A stretch of 64,000 nt of DNA from Acidobacteriota bacterium (GTDB lineage: Bacteria; Acidobacteriota; UBA6911; RPQK01; JADFOI01): assembly GCA_036338435.1 (NCBI GenBank), contig JAYZCG010000009.1, positions 7,733 through 71,732 on the forward strand, written 5' to 3'. Of the stretch, positions 17,908-26,416 are shown one piece after another; positions within the stretch are counted from its first letter, which is position 1, and every line of letters begins with the position of its first letter. Under the pieces are notes generated by a model that saw only the letters and a list, made by a program, of their open reading frames with translations, was not told the DNA's origin and searched no databases. Both the position numbers and the translations under genes were made by a program.

Positions 17908-19662
17908 CTAAAATGCCCCCTCGACCTCATAAACAACCTTGCCATCCACGACGGTCATCAAGATTCGGAGTCGCTCAAGATCACTTTCTGGAAAAGTCAT
18001 ATAGTCTCCTGCAAGCACGACTAGATCAGCCAATTTACCGGGTTCGATTGAGCCCAGAATGTCCTCCTCCCCGCTATAAGCGGCGGCCCAAAGAGTGTAC
18101 ATATAAAGGGCCTCTTCCCTACTGACTTTCTCTTCCGGATCTAGCTGACGACCCTTTTGGTCAATGCGCCTCACCCAGTTTTGGATATTAAATAAGGGGA
18201 AAGCGGTGCGGTGAGTGAATGCATCCGCTTCTGCGGCCGGCCTGATGCCAGCTTCGATCAAAGACTTGACCGGTTGCATCTTGTACACTGCATCCATGCC
18301 ATACATTGTGACCAAAGCATCATTACCGTACATGGCTTTTGAATAAACGCTCGGAATAATATCCATTTCTTTGAGCTGTGCGTAGTGCTCTGGCTGCAAC
18401 ATTAGACCGTGATCAATGCTAAAATGGCGCCCTACTAAAGATTTTTCTTTGTGTGCTTCCTCAAAGACTTCAAGCATGAGGGTGTTGCTCATATCACCAC
18501 TACTATGGAGTGAAGAGACCGTCCAACCATAACGATTAGCCAAAATAATGCTTTGCCGGTCACTAGTAGCCAAATCACCGCTTTCTTCCCACTTGTTCAT
18601 TCCAAAAGGTCCGTAAGGATCCTCCGGCAGGAGCGTAGTCTTGGCCTTAGAAGTGTTAGCAGACCCATTGTTGGAGGTTCCATCGACAACCTGTACTGAC
18701 GTCCCGATTATTTTGAACCAGTCATTGCCAACATCAGTCAGGTTGCCTAATCTTTTTAAATAGGCCTCCGGATATCCATTTTGGCGCAGAAAATGGTGTG
18801 CTACCCGCACCCTCATCGTTAGCTCCCGATGCATCATCAGTTCCCGAAATACTGTAACCTCCAGGCCTCCAGCTCGCCCCATCAAGGTAGTTAATCCCAT
18901 CTCATTGTGACGACGGAAAGATGCCTTCTGCGGCTCCAGCAAAGACTCGACTTCCGGCCAAGGTTCTAGTTCGAATCCAGGAATTCCAGCGGCCGCGCCC
19001 CTGAGGTGTCCCGTCAAATCTCCGTTGTCATCTAGAACAATGCCTGCAACATCCTTGGGAATTCTGTCTAAGACTAGACTATTAGCTACCACCTGGTCAT
19101 TCATCGCCTCAATATAGAGAGGATTATTTGGAGCAACTTCATCCAAAAGATTCACGTTTAATTCATGGTTAACTACCGGATTGCTAGGCCCAGACAACGC
19201 TAAGAACTCTCCTGGCTGAGCTTCCTTGACTAACGTTCGTAGACCCTCTAAAGCACTCTCCAGAGTATCCCAATCAATGTCGTCATCGCTAAATGGAACC
19301 GCCATACTTCGATCTCGGGCCGGGCGCGTAACCCACGCTGAGTGCAAATGAGTGTCTATAAACCCCGGCACGACACTGCGCCCCTCTAGGTCTATCCTTT
19401 GGGTCTCTGGACCCGCCATGGCCAAAACCCTTTGGGTGGTTCCCACAGCCAGAAACTTGCCGTCTCGGATCGCCACCGCTTGGGCAATGGTAAATTGCTC
19501 GTCAGCAGTTATAACCTTGCCGTTATAAAAGACTGCGTCGGCATAAGCGACCACCTCCGCAGGCAGGGTACCGGCGCTTTGCCCCAATCCTGTCTGGGTC
19601 ATAGACAACAAAACTACTGCCATCCCACAGCAACGAAAATAACTCTTACAAATTCGAATCAT
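17908..19662 (-). CDS. Exported YtcJ-like amidohydrolase, paralog B
   Basis: Signal peptide; PGFIDTHLH, SSLHSSGD, SIDHG, AAEAD and GSIEPGKLADLVVL. Confidence 0.9.
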   Translation of the reverse strand: MIRICKSYFRCCGMAVVLLSMTQTGLGQSAGTLPAEVVAYADAVFYNGKVITADEQFTIAQAVAIRDGKFLAVGTTQRVLAMAGPETQRIDLEGRSVVPGFIDTHLHSAWVTRPARDRSMAVPFSDDDIDWDTLESALEGLRTLVKEAQPGEFLALSGPSNPVVNHELNVNLLDEVAPNNPLYIEAMNDQVVANSLVLDRIPKDVAGIVLDDNGDLTGHLRGAAAGIPGFELEPWPEVESLLEPQKASFRRHNEMGLTTLMGRAGGLEVTVFRELMMHRELTMRVRVAHHFLRQNGYPEAYLKRLGNLTDVGNDWFKIIGTSVQVVDGTSNNGSANTSKAKTTLLPEDPYGPFGMNKWEESGDLATSDRQSIILANRYGWTVSSLHSSGDMSNTLMLEVFEEAHKEKSLVGRHFSIDHGLMLQPEHYAQLKEMDIIPSVYSKAMYGNDALVTMYGMDAVYKMQPVKSLIEAGIRPAAEADAFTHRTAFPLFNIQNWVRRIDQKGRQLDPEEKVSREEALYMYTLWAAAYSGEEDILGSIEPGKLADLVVLAGDYMTFPESDLERLRILMTVVDGKVVYEVEGAF

Positions 19663-19691
19663 ACTATCTCCTTATTCGCACAAAGTCGGCA

Positions 19692-21701
19692 CTAGTCCAT
19701 AAGGGCTGCTTCCCTTTTTCCCTCTACTGTGAAGGCTTCACCAATTTCAGCAATTTCACTGTCTTCAAAGCTGTAGTGGGGACCTACCGGTGCGGTTTCC
19801 CATTCACTTGCCAAAGTCTCATTTAACACGATGACCTTTCCCCCCACCATAGTCATGAGCGGTCGAATCTTGAGAAGATCATCAACGGGAACAGTAAAAT
19901 AGTCTCGATCCATAACCATAAAATCTGCCCATTTCCCCGTCTCAAGGGTGCCAAGCTCATCCTCCTTCATGATGTAGCGAGAGGCCCAAGCGGTCCACAT
20001 CTTCAAAGCATGTACCCGATCAATCCGTTCCTCGGGTTGCCACACTCTCCCATCATATTTCCGGGTAATAGCTTGCCACAACATAAAGAAAGGTGGCTGG
20101 CGCTGCCCACGTCTCACAGTACCTTCGCCTCCTCCTCCTTTGAAAGCACCGCCGCCGTAGTGCTGTCCCACCAGATTTACTCCAGATTCGATCCAAGTCC
20201 TAAATGGAATGAAAAAGTCCTCAATGTTATCAGTGTAGGGACCATAATCCTTGATCCATGAACGCATCACACTCACGTAGTCGGGACCGCAACTAAGGAT
20301 GAGCCCATACCTCTTAATCTTGTCAATTACATCGGGCTGTTTCCCAATCAAATCACAATGCTCTAAGGCAAAGTGCTGATCATGAATGTCCTGCACCGAC
20401 ATACCTGTTAGTTCTCTAGCCTCATCGACCATCTCAATGAATCTTCTCAGACTTTCGCTGCCACAGGTATGTACTCCCTTAATCCTCCAGCCTGCCCTAA
20501 TTGCATTAACCAAAGTGTCCCAATGCAAATCCCCCTTTTGGGGACATGTCTCACGGGCCTTCAGGTGAGCCGGGGCATTGGTATCTGGTCCCAGACAGGA
20601 CTCTGGGAAGTGTGAATCCCATCGCTCTGAGGCCACACCATCAAACCAGAAATAGTCATTGCCAATCCCCTGCAAAACGCCGGTACGCCGATACAATTGT
20701 CGGGTCTCCTGGGGATCGGTCGGCATCCGGTGCACTTCGTAATGTGCGTTGAACCGGATTGGCATTTGTCCCATCTCGGCTAGTCTGGCATATCCGGTCA
20801 TCACTTTGGGAAACTGTACTCGACTTGAAAACGTTGTAACTCCTAAGGAGGCCCACGCCTCAGACTCCAGTTTTAGCATCTGAGCCAACGTATTGGGCTC
20901 CAGACCCTCCAGAAAGAGTTCCCAGGTGATCACCGACATTTCTTGACTCCCGACCCATCCGATATCCGGGATGTCTTCGCCAATCACATCGCCATGCATT
21001 GTCTCTTGGATAGAGGCAGAATAACCGGGCAGGAAATCATTGATAACCTCCAAACCTTTGGAGTTAATAAACCCTCGATTCCCAGGTCGCACCAGGATGG
21101 GATTATCAGGAGCCCACTGATCCAATGCACGGCGATTAGTCAAAACCCGTGTAGCTCCCCAAACACCTATCTGTTTAGGATCAGACGGATGACCATCAAC
21201 CGCAACCATGAGCCATTTACCGGGTTCCATGTTTGCCACGGCTTCTTGAATTCCATCTCGGAGAGCACCTTGAGTTCTCTCCAGATCCAACTCTGCCTCA
21301 ACTGTCACCTCCTCAGCCGGATACTCGTACCCAAAACGGTCTAACCAACGCAACGACCTTCCATAAATATGCTGGTGGGTCTCAATAATGCCCGGAATCA
21401 AGGTGCGTCCATTCAGGTCCAACACCTGGGTTCTGCGGCCAGCCAAAGAACGAATTTCCTCGTTAGTACCTAGCTTCATGATGGAATCACCTTTAACAGC
21501 TACAGCCTCATAGACATTGCCCACTTCAGCCGAAGCTGACTTGTCATCCATACTAACAACCTTACCCCCAACAAAGATCGTGTCGGCATAGCCCATGATC
21601 TCTACCTCGGGTGGCAGTTGCTGTGAGTACAAGAAAAATCCAGGCAAAAAAACGATGAGCACTGTGGCCCAAAACTTACATTTAGCAGTGTTGATTTTCA
21701 T
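19692..21701 (-). CDS. Exported YtcJ-like amidohydrolase, paralog C (divergent active site)
   Basis: Signal peptide; PGIIETHQH, KGVHTCG, ALEHCD and GTLETGKWADF; GQHYG where paralogs have GTD/EAD. Confidence 0.85.
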   Translation of the reverse strand: MKINTAKCKFWATVLIVFLPGFFLYSQQLPPEVEIMGYADTIFVGGKVVSMDDKSASAEVGNVYEAVAVKGDSIMKLGTNEEIRSLAGRRTQVLDLNGRTLIPGIIETHQHIYGRSLRWLDRFGYEYPAEEVTVEAELDLERTQGALRDGIQEAVANMEPGKWLMVAVDGHPSDPKQIGVWGATRVLTNRRALDQWAPDNPILVRPGNRGFINSKGLEVINDFLPGYSASIQETMHGDVIGEDIPDIGWVGSQEMSVITWELFLEGLEPNTLAQMLKLESEAWASLGVTTFSSRVQFPKVMTGYARLAEMGQMPIRFNAHYEVHRMPTDPQETRQLYRRTGVLQGIGNDYFWFDGVASERWDSHFPESCLGPDTNAPAHLKARETCPQKGDLHWDTLVNAIRAGWRIKGVHTCGSESLRRFIEMVDEARELTGMSVQDIHDQHFALEHCDLIGKQPDVIDKIKRYGLILSCGPDYVSVMRSWIKDYGPYTDNIEDFFIPFRTWIESGVNLVGQHYGGGAFKGGGGEGTVRRGQRQPPFFMLWQAITRKYDGRVWQPEERIDRVHALKMWTAWASRYIMKEDELGTLETGKWADFMVMDRDYFTVPVDDLLKIRPLMTMVGGKVIVLNETLASEWETAPVGPHYSFEDSEIAEIGEAFTVEGKREAALMD

Positions 21702-22001
21702 GGTAATGGACGTACTGGAATCTCAGGCTATCTTCTACCCGCTTCCAGCCGCACGCTCCTTTCACTTTGGTGGTCAAGATTTACAACATTTCAGGCCAGC
21801 TAGTAACGAAAATCGTGCCCAGGTCATTCTCGTTCTTCGACAAGAACTTAGCTTCACCTAGCCTAAGTCTAGAATTGGGAAAACAAACTGTCAAGACAGT
21901 CTAGGACGATTCTACACCACCCGCACCCGCCTCAGCGGCCCGTCTATCATCCTAGGCAAGTCAGTCCAGCCAGATTCCTGGGCAAATGGAGGGCTAATCC
22001 T

Positions 22002-22529
22002 TTAGTGCATATAGAAAAAGCACGCAGGTATGAATTCGATGGATGTGATCGATCCACTCAAACCTCGGGCTGCTAAATCATTTCCGTCCAATGATTTAGC
22101 ACTCTGGATAAGATTCTCTAATTGGATATCATGGTTAGCAGCAATCTCCTGGGAAATCTCAAAACTCAGCGTGACCAGCAACCCCTGGTCAATGGAACTA
22201 GTCGAAGAAATCTCCACTCTTAGAATTTTTTGTTCACCATCGCCATCATCTCGTACCTGGGTATTCAACTTAGCGCCTTGCACATCAACGGCACCACCAA
22301 GAACGGCATCAGTGAAAGAAAGTGACGTGGCGGGAAACGCCATCTCGAACACTACCAAACCCACCTGGGGATCGTTTCGGGTAACTACAGTGACAGGAAT
22401 CTCTGCCGTGTCGCCCTGGGTAAAGGTATCGACAAGAACCCCGAAATCAATATTGACACCAGGTACACCCTGGGGACTGACGACTACAATCACAAGCGCA
22501 AATAGGAAAGCTAGGGGAATACTCTTCAT
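22002..22529 (-). CDS. Secreted cohesin-like protein with C-terminal CFFYMH tail (copy 3)
   Basis: Signal peptide MKSIPLAFLFALVIVVVS; AEIPVTV, MAFPATSLSF and GLLVTLSFEI; ends IEFIPACFFYMH*. Confidence 0.75.
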   Translation of the reverse strand: MKSIPLAFLFALVIVVVSPQGVPGVNIDFGVLVDTFTQGDTAEIPVTVVTRNDPQVGLVVFEMAFPATSLSFTDAVLGGAVDVQGAKLNTQVRDDGDGEQKILRVEISSTSSIDQGLLVTLSFEISQEIAANHDIQLENLIQSAKSLDGNDLAARGLSGSITSIEFIPACFFYMH

Positions 22530-22626
22530 AAAACTCTACCGATCTCTTGTTCTGAACCGAAGAGAATATCGGTCTGTTAGTTAAAAATCCAGTTAAATTC
22601 TTGCCCTCAAAAGACGAACTCACGAT

Positions 22627-22655
22627 TTGACAAAAGTGTAGGATAGCCTTATGTT
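22627..22655 (+). promoter_or_regulatory. Putative sigma70 promoter of the aldolase/dehydrogenase/hydrolase operon
   Basis: TTGACA (22627-22632), 17 nt, TATGTT (22650-22655); GAAGGAG RBS before ATG 22713. Confidence 0.55.
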
Positions 22656-22712
22656 GACCCTGATCAGGCTAACCTAATCCAACGCATTATAATTACGAAG
22701 GAGTATGCCGAC

Positions 22713-23420
22713 ATGAACTTAGATGAAATAAAAGAAAAACTGGCCCGGGCTTGCCGTATCATCGAAATGGAGGGAGTGACACAGGACGGTCGGGGTCATA
22801 TCTCGTACCTGCACCCCGACGGAGACAAAGTTCTAATTCCTGGACACTTACACGACTATGGGAAAGCGATCGCAGATGTTCAAGCCGAAGATATAGTCAC
22901 TATGGATTTTGATGGAAACGTCATTGAGGGAAAGCACCCTGAGCCGATGGGTGAGTTCTACGTCTATGTGGCCGCGTTTCAAGCCCGCGAAAACATTAAG
23001 AGTGTTTCCCATTTTCATCCCCCATACGCCAACATACTGGCTGCTTCCGGAAATAGTATCTTGCCAATCGCCCGTGATGGTTGTGTCTTCTACGATGGAG
23101 TTCCTGTTTACGAGGGATACCCTCTATACGTCGGAACCAAAGAGATGGGTGAAGATGTAGTCACCACACTGGGCGACAAAAAAGCCGTCCTCCATAAGGG
23201 ACATGGTGCCTTTGTGGTAGGGGGAACTGTTGAAGAGACTTTGTTCAGATCAGTAAGTCTCGAAAAAGCTGCCAAAACCCAAGTTTACGCTTCCATCATG
23301 GGTGAATTATCTCCCATTCCAATTGGATCCATGACAGAACGAGAAAAACATCCAGATGCTCATATTGTGGATGACTTTTTCGGATACTATACAGGCAAAA
23401 TGGAGAAACTAGGAAGGTAA
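22713..23420 (+). CDS. Class II aldolase/adducin family protein
   Basis: GRGHISY, VSHFHPPYA and AVLHKGHGAFVVGGTVEE metal-binding pattern. Confidence 0.9.
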   Translation: MNLDEIKEKLARACRIIEMEGVTQDGRGHISYLHPDGDKVLIPGHLHDYGKAIADVQAEDIVTMDFDGNVIEGKHPEPMGEFYVYVAAFQARENIKSVSHFHPPYANILAASGNSILPIARDGCVFYDGVPVYEGYPLYVGTKEMGEDVVTTLGDKKAVLHKGHGAFVVGGTVEETLFRSVSLEKAAKTQVYASIMGELSPIPIGSMTEREKHPDAHIVDDFFGYYTGKMEKLGR

Positions 23421-23508
23421 GTACAGACCTGAATTTAAGTGTTGCGATGGATCGAAAACTGCCCCAACAAAACTCGACGATTATGCCATCATAGCACCAC
23501 ATAAGGAC

Positions 23509-24486
23509 ATGTCTATGCCTGACGCTAAGGTCATCTTCCTTCACGGCTTAAACCAGAAAATTCTCGATTTAATAACCTCCTATGCACCCGCTGGGTTCGA
23601 TGTTGTCGTGATCAATGGAGAGCAGTCCGAACAGAAACAAATTAAAGCCATCAAAGACGTCGATTTCCTGATGGTTTATCGGGCTCATTTGAGCGATCCA
23701 GTGCTTAGAGCGGCTACTCAACTACGTCTAATTCAACTACTGGCCGCAGGACATAATCACATGAATCTCAAACTAATGGGAGAGCTTGGCATTCCCTGTG
23801 CTTCAAATGGAGGAGCTAATGCTTGGGCCGTGGCAGATCATACTGTGTTGCTAATTTTGGCAATCTATAGGCGTCTAATACCGGCTGATCGAGCTGTCCG
23901 TGAGAGCCGTTGGAGATCCCCCATTGACGGATTTAATACCTTCGAGTTGGCCAAGAAAACAGTCGGCATACTAGGTATGGGCAATATCGGACAAAAGGTA
24001 GTCATGCGTCTCCAGGGTTTCGGTGTTACGATTCAATACTCCGACAAATATCCCCTGACACAGGAGAAAGAACAGTCACTCGGAGTAAAACAAGTTACAC
24101 TGGAGGAACTCTTTCAAAGTTCGGACATCATCACCTGCCATGCGCCCTTGACCCCCGAGACCCATCACATAATCAACAAAAAAAGCCTCTCTCTCATGAA
24201 GCCCACCGCCATTTTGATTAATACTAGCCGAGGATCGATAGTTGATGAACTTGCCTTGGTTGCGGCACTTCAAGACAGACAGATCGCTGGCGCAGGCCTC
24301 GATGTTTTTGAAATGGAACCACCTGTCAAAAATAATGTTCTTTTGGGAATGGAGAACGTGGTTTTAACCGCTCACAATGCCGGCACCACTTTCGACACTT
24401 GGCAACGCCGCGCTGAATTTGCCTATCAAAACATGCAAAGGGTACTGGACGGACAACCTCCCCAGGCAATAGCCCAAAACTATTGA
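23509..24486 (+). CDS. D-isomer-specific 2-hydroxyacid dehydrogenase
   Basis: GILGMGNIG, CHAPLTPET, INTSRG, GAGLDVFEMEP and LTAHNAG. Confidence 0.93.
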   Translation: MSMPDAKVIFLHGLNQKILDLITSYAPAGFDVVVINGEQSEQKQIKAIKDVDFLMVYRAHLSDPVLRAATQLRLIQLLAAGHNHMNLKLMGELGIPCASNGGANAWAVADHTVLLILAIYRRLIPADRAVRESRWRSPIDGFNTFELAKKTVGILGMGNIGQKVVMRLQGFGVTIQYSDKYPLTQEKEQSLGVKQVTLEELFQSSDIITCHAPLTPETHHIINKKSLSLMKPTAILINTSRGSIVDELALVAALQDRQIAGAGLDVFEMEPPVKNNVLLGMENVVLTAHNAGTTFDTWQRRAEFAYQNMQRVLDGQPPQAIAQNY

Positions 24487-24547
24487 TACCACTTCAAACC
24501 AATGTCCCATCACCGCACCATCGCTAGCCCATTCTCGATTCAAATAC

Positions 24548-26350
24548 ATGAAAGGATCTACCCTTATGAAACAGACTAAAACCCTTACTCCAACACTACT
24601 AGGCGTGTACCTTTTGTTGATTGCCAGTATTTCAGATCTGGCCGCTGTCGCCCCCCTACCCATGGACTGTAGTGCTCACATTGGATCAACCCGCATTCTG
24701 CAGGGACGCACAATTGGCCCCGAAACCTGTAATATCATTGAAGAACCAGAACTAATCAACTCTTCAGGTGCTCCCTACCGCCGCCGCCGCATTGAAATTA
24801 GTGGGTCGATAGAGGGCTACACGGTGCAAGAACGTCCTCGTTTAGAAATGCTGACTGATCTCCCCGAATTTGCATTAGCTCAGCGGGGAAATCTAGGGCC
24901 CTACTACCATGTGATTGGCGACTATCATGCAGAGAAAGGAAGTAGTGTGACGCTGTTCCTGCCTAAGTCTAATGTTGACTGGAATGGAAAGCTTTTCGTC
25001 CTGGTTCATGGCATGTCCTCCTACGGTTCTGTGGGCGAGCTTCAACCTAGAAAGCCGGATCAGTACAACCCTTTGATGGGCGACAATGCATTTGCCGGAC
25101 TTATGATTGATAAAGGCTATGCTGTTGCTTACACAAGCCGACCGGCAGCCCGTCATGAAAACGGCGCTAGCGAGAAGGCTACTATGATCGACGGCACGAT
25201 ACTAGATGGGAAAAGTTTTGGGTATCACGCGGGTTTAATTCGCGACTGGACTAAAATTTCTGAAAATCTTGTTCAAGCAGAGTTGGGTCGTGCACCGGAA
25301 CAAACCTATTTCTATGGGAAATCAGCTGGAGCCAGTCTGGGAAGACTTTTCAACTATGCCCCTGAAGCCAACTATTTCACTGATGGGGAAAGAGTTTTCG
25401 ATGGCTTTCTGGCTGACGATGCGGGTGGAGGATGGTATATGCCAACGATTGAGTTCGTGCGACGAGATGCTCCCGATGGTACCTTTCGACTAGAGAAAGA
25501 TGTTCGAGATCACCTAGTATTTGATGAGGCCCACAGAAACTCCTTTTCTCCTCAAATAGATGTTGTACATCAGGCCTATGTCGGCGCTGATTTTGTGGCA
25601 GGCGACTATCTTTCAAACAAACGCAAAAATGTTCGCCTATTAAATAAGAAAGGTTTGGGAAACAAGAGTAGAACTTATGAGATCGTGGGTCTGAGTCACG
25701 GTGACGCTGGCACCGTTTGGCCGGATAAACGGTGGGTTGAGAATCTCGATTTAAGTGGAATTTTCGACTCATTGATTGACGTCTTGGACAATTGGTCAGA
25801 AAAAGGAATACAACCAGTCCCCACCCGATCCGACGACTACAATCTCGGTGACATTGACCGTGATGGAATATTAGAGAACCCAGCTATCAGACTTCCTGAG
25901 ATCGCCTGCCCCACCGGAGTTTACTATGAATTTCCACTTGGCATCTCAAGACCCGGTAGCACCGGCTTCTCTCCTTACCTGGATGTAGAGCGTTTCCCTA
26001 TCAACGCCGACACAACTCCTCTCCTCGCCAAGGATCGAATTCGAAATAGCCTGGGCCGGCCTGATTTCAGGGAAGATTGGTTAGAGCCGCTGGACAACAG
26101 AGGTAGACCTCTGGACATGAATCACAATCATGTCCGGGATACCCGTGAAACGGTCGAGCAAGCCTGGAAAAGACGAGCTGTGGAAGGTAAGAGACACGGC
26201 ACCCTAAATCCCGATGAAGTACTGACACACGCCCGGTATGTGGCCTGTGTGGCCTCAGTGGCTTCGGAGTTATTCACACAGAAATTTCTAAGCGGCAACG
26301 CCATGGTGCACTATACCAAAAAGGCAGTCGAGTCAGCTGTTGGTCGGTGA
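24548..26350 (+). CDS. Secreted alpha/beta-hydrolase-fold protein (tannase/esterase-like), function unknown
   Basis: Signal peptide; WNGKLFVLVHG, nucleophile elbow YGKSAGA and candidate catalytic His in GLSHGD. Confidence 0.65.
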   Translation: MKGSTLMKQTKTLTPTLLGVYLLLIASISDLAAVAPLPMDCSAHIGSTRILQGRTIGPETCNIIEEPELINSSGAPYRRRRIEISGSIEGYTVQERPRLEMLTDLPEFALAQRGNLGPYYHVIGDYHAEKGSSVTLFLPKSNVDWNGKLFVLVHGMSSYGSVGELQPRKPDQYNPLMGDNAFAGLMIDKGYAVAYTSRPAARHENGASEKATMIDGTILDGKSFGYHAGLIRDWTKISENLVQAELGRAPEQTYFYGKSAGASLGRLFNYAPEANYFTDGERVFDGFLADDAGGGWYMPTIEFVRRDAPDGTFRLEKDVRDHLVFDEAHRNSFSPQIDVVHQAYVGADFVAGDYLSNKRKNVRLLNKKGLGNKSRTYEIVGLSHGDAGTVWPDKRWVENLDLSGIFDSLIDVLDNWSEKGIQPVPTRSDDYNLGDIDRDGILENPAIRLPEIACPTGVYYEFPLGISRPGSTGFSPYLDVERFPINADTTPLLAKDRIRNSLGRPDFREDWLEPLDNRGRPLDMNHNHVRDTRETVEQAWKRRAVEGKRHGTLNPDEVLTHARYVACVASVASELFTQKFLSGNAMVHYTKKAVESAVGR

Positions 26351-26416
26351 AGATAGACTTTTTCCTGGGGGGGGTAGGATACACGACCGTACCAACAGTA
26401 CCCCTAAAGTGCAGAA

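Noticed and set aside
22030-22584. 184-aa plus-strand ORF
   Set aside because: Antisense shadow of CFFYMH copy 3; Ser-rich, with no motif or RBS.
26365-26405. G8 tract and GGGGTA/TACCCC stem between convergent genes
   Set aside because: Intergenic, so it cannot phase-vary a CDS; at most a weak terminator.
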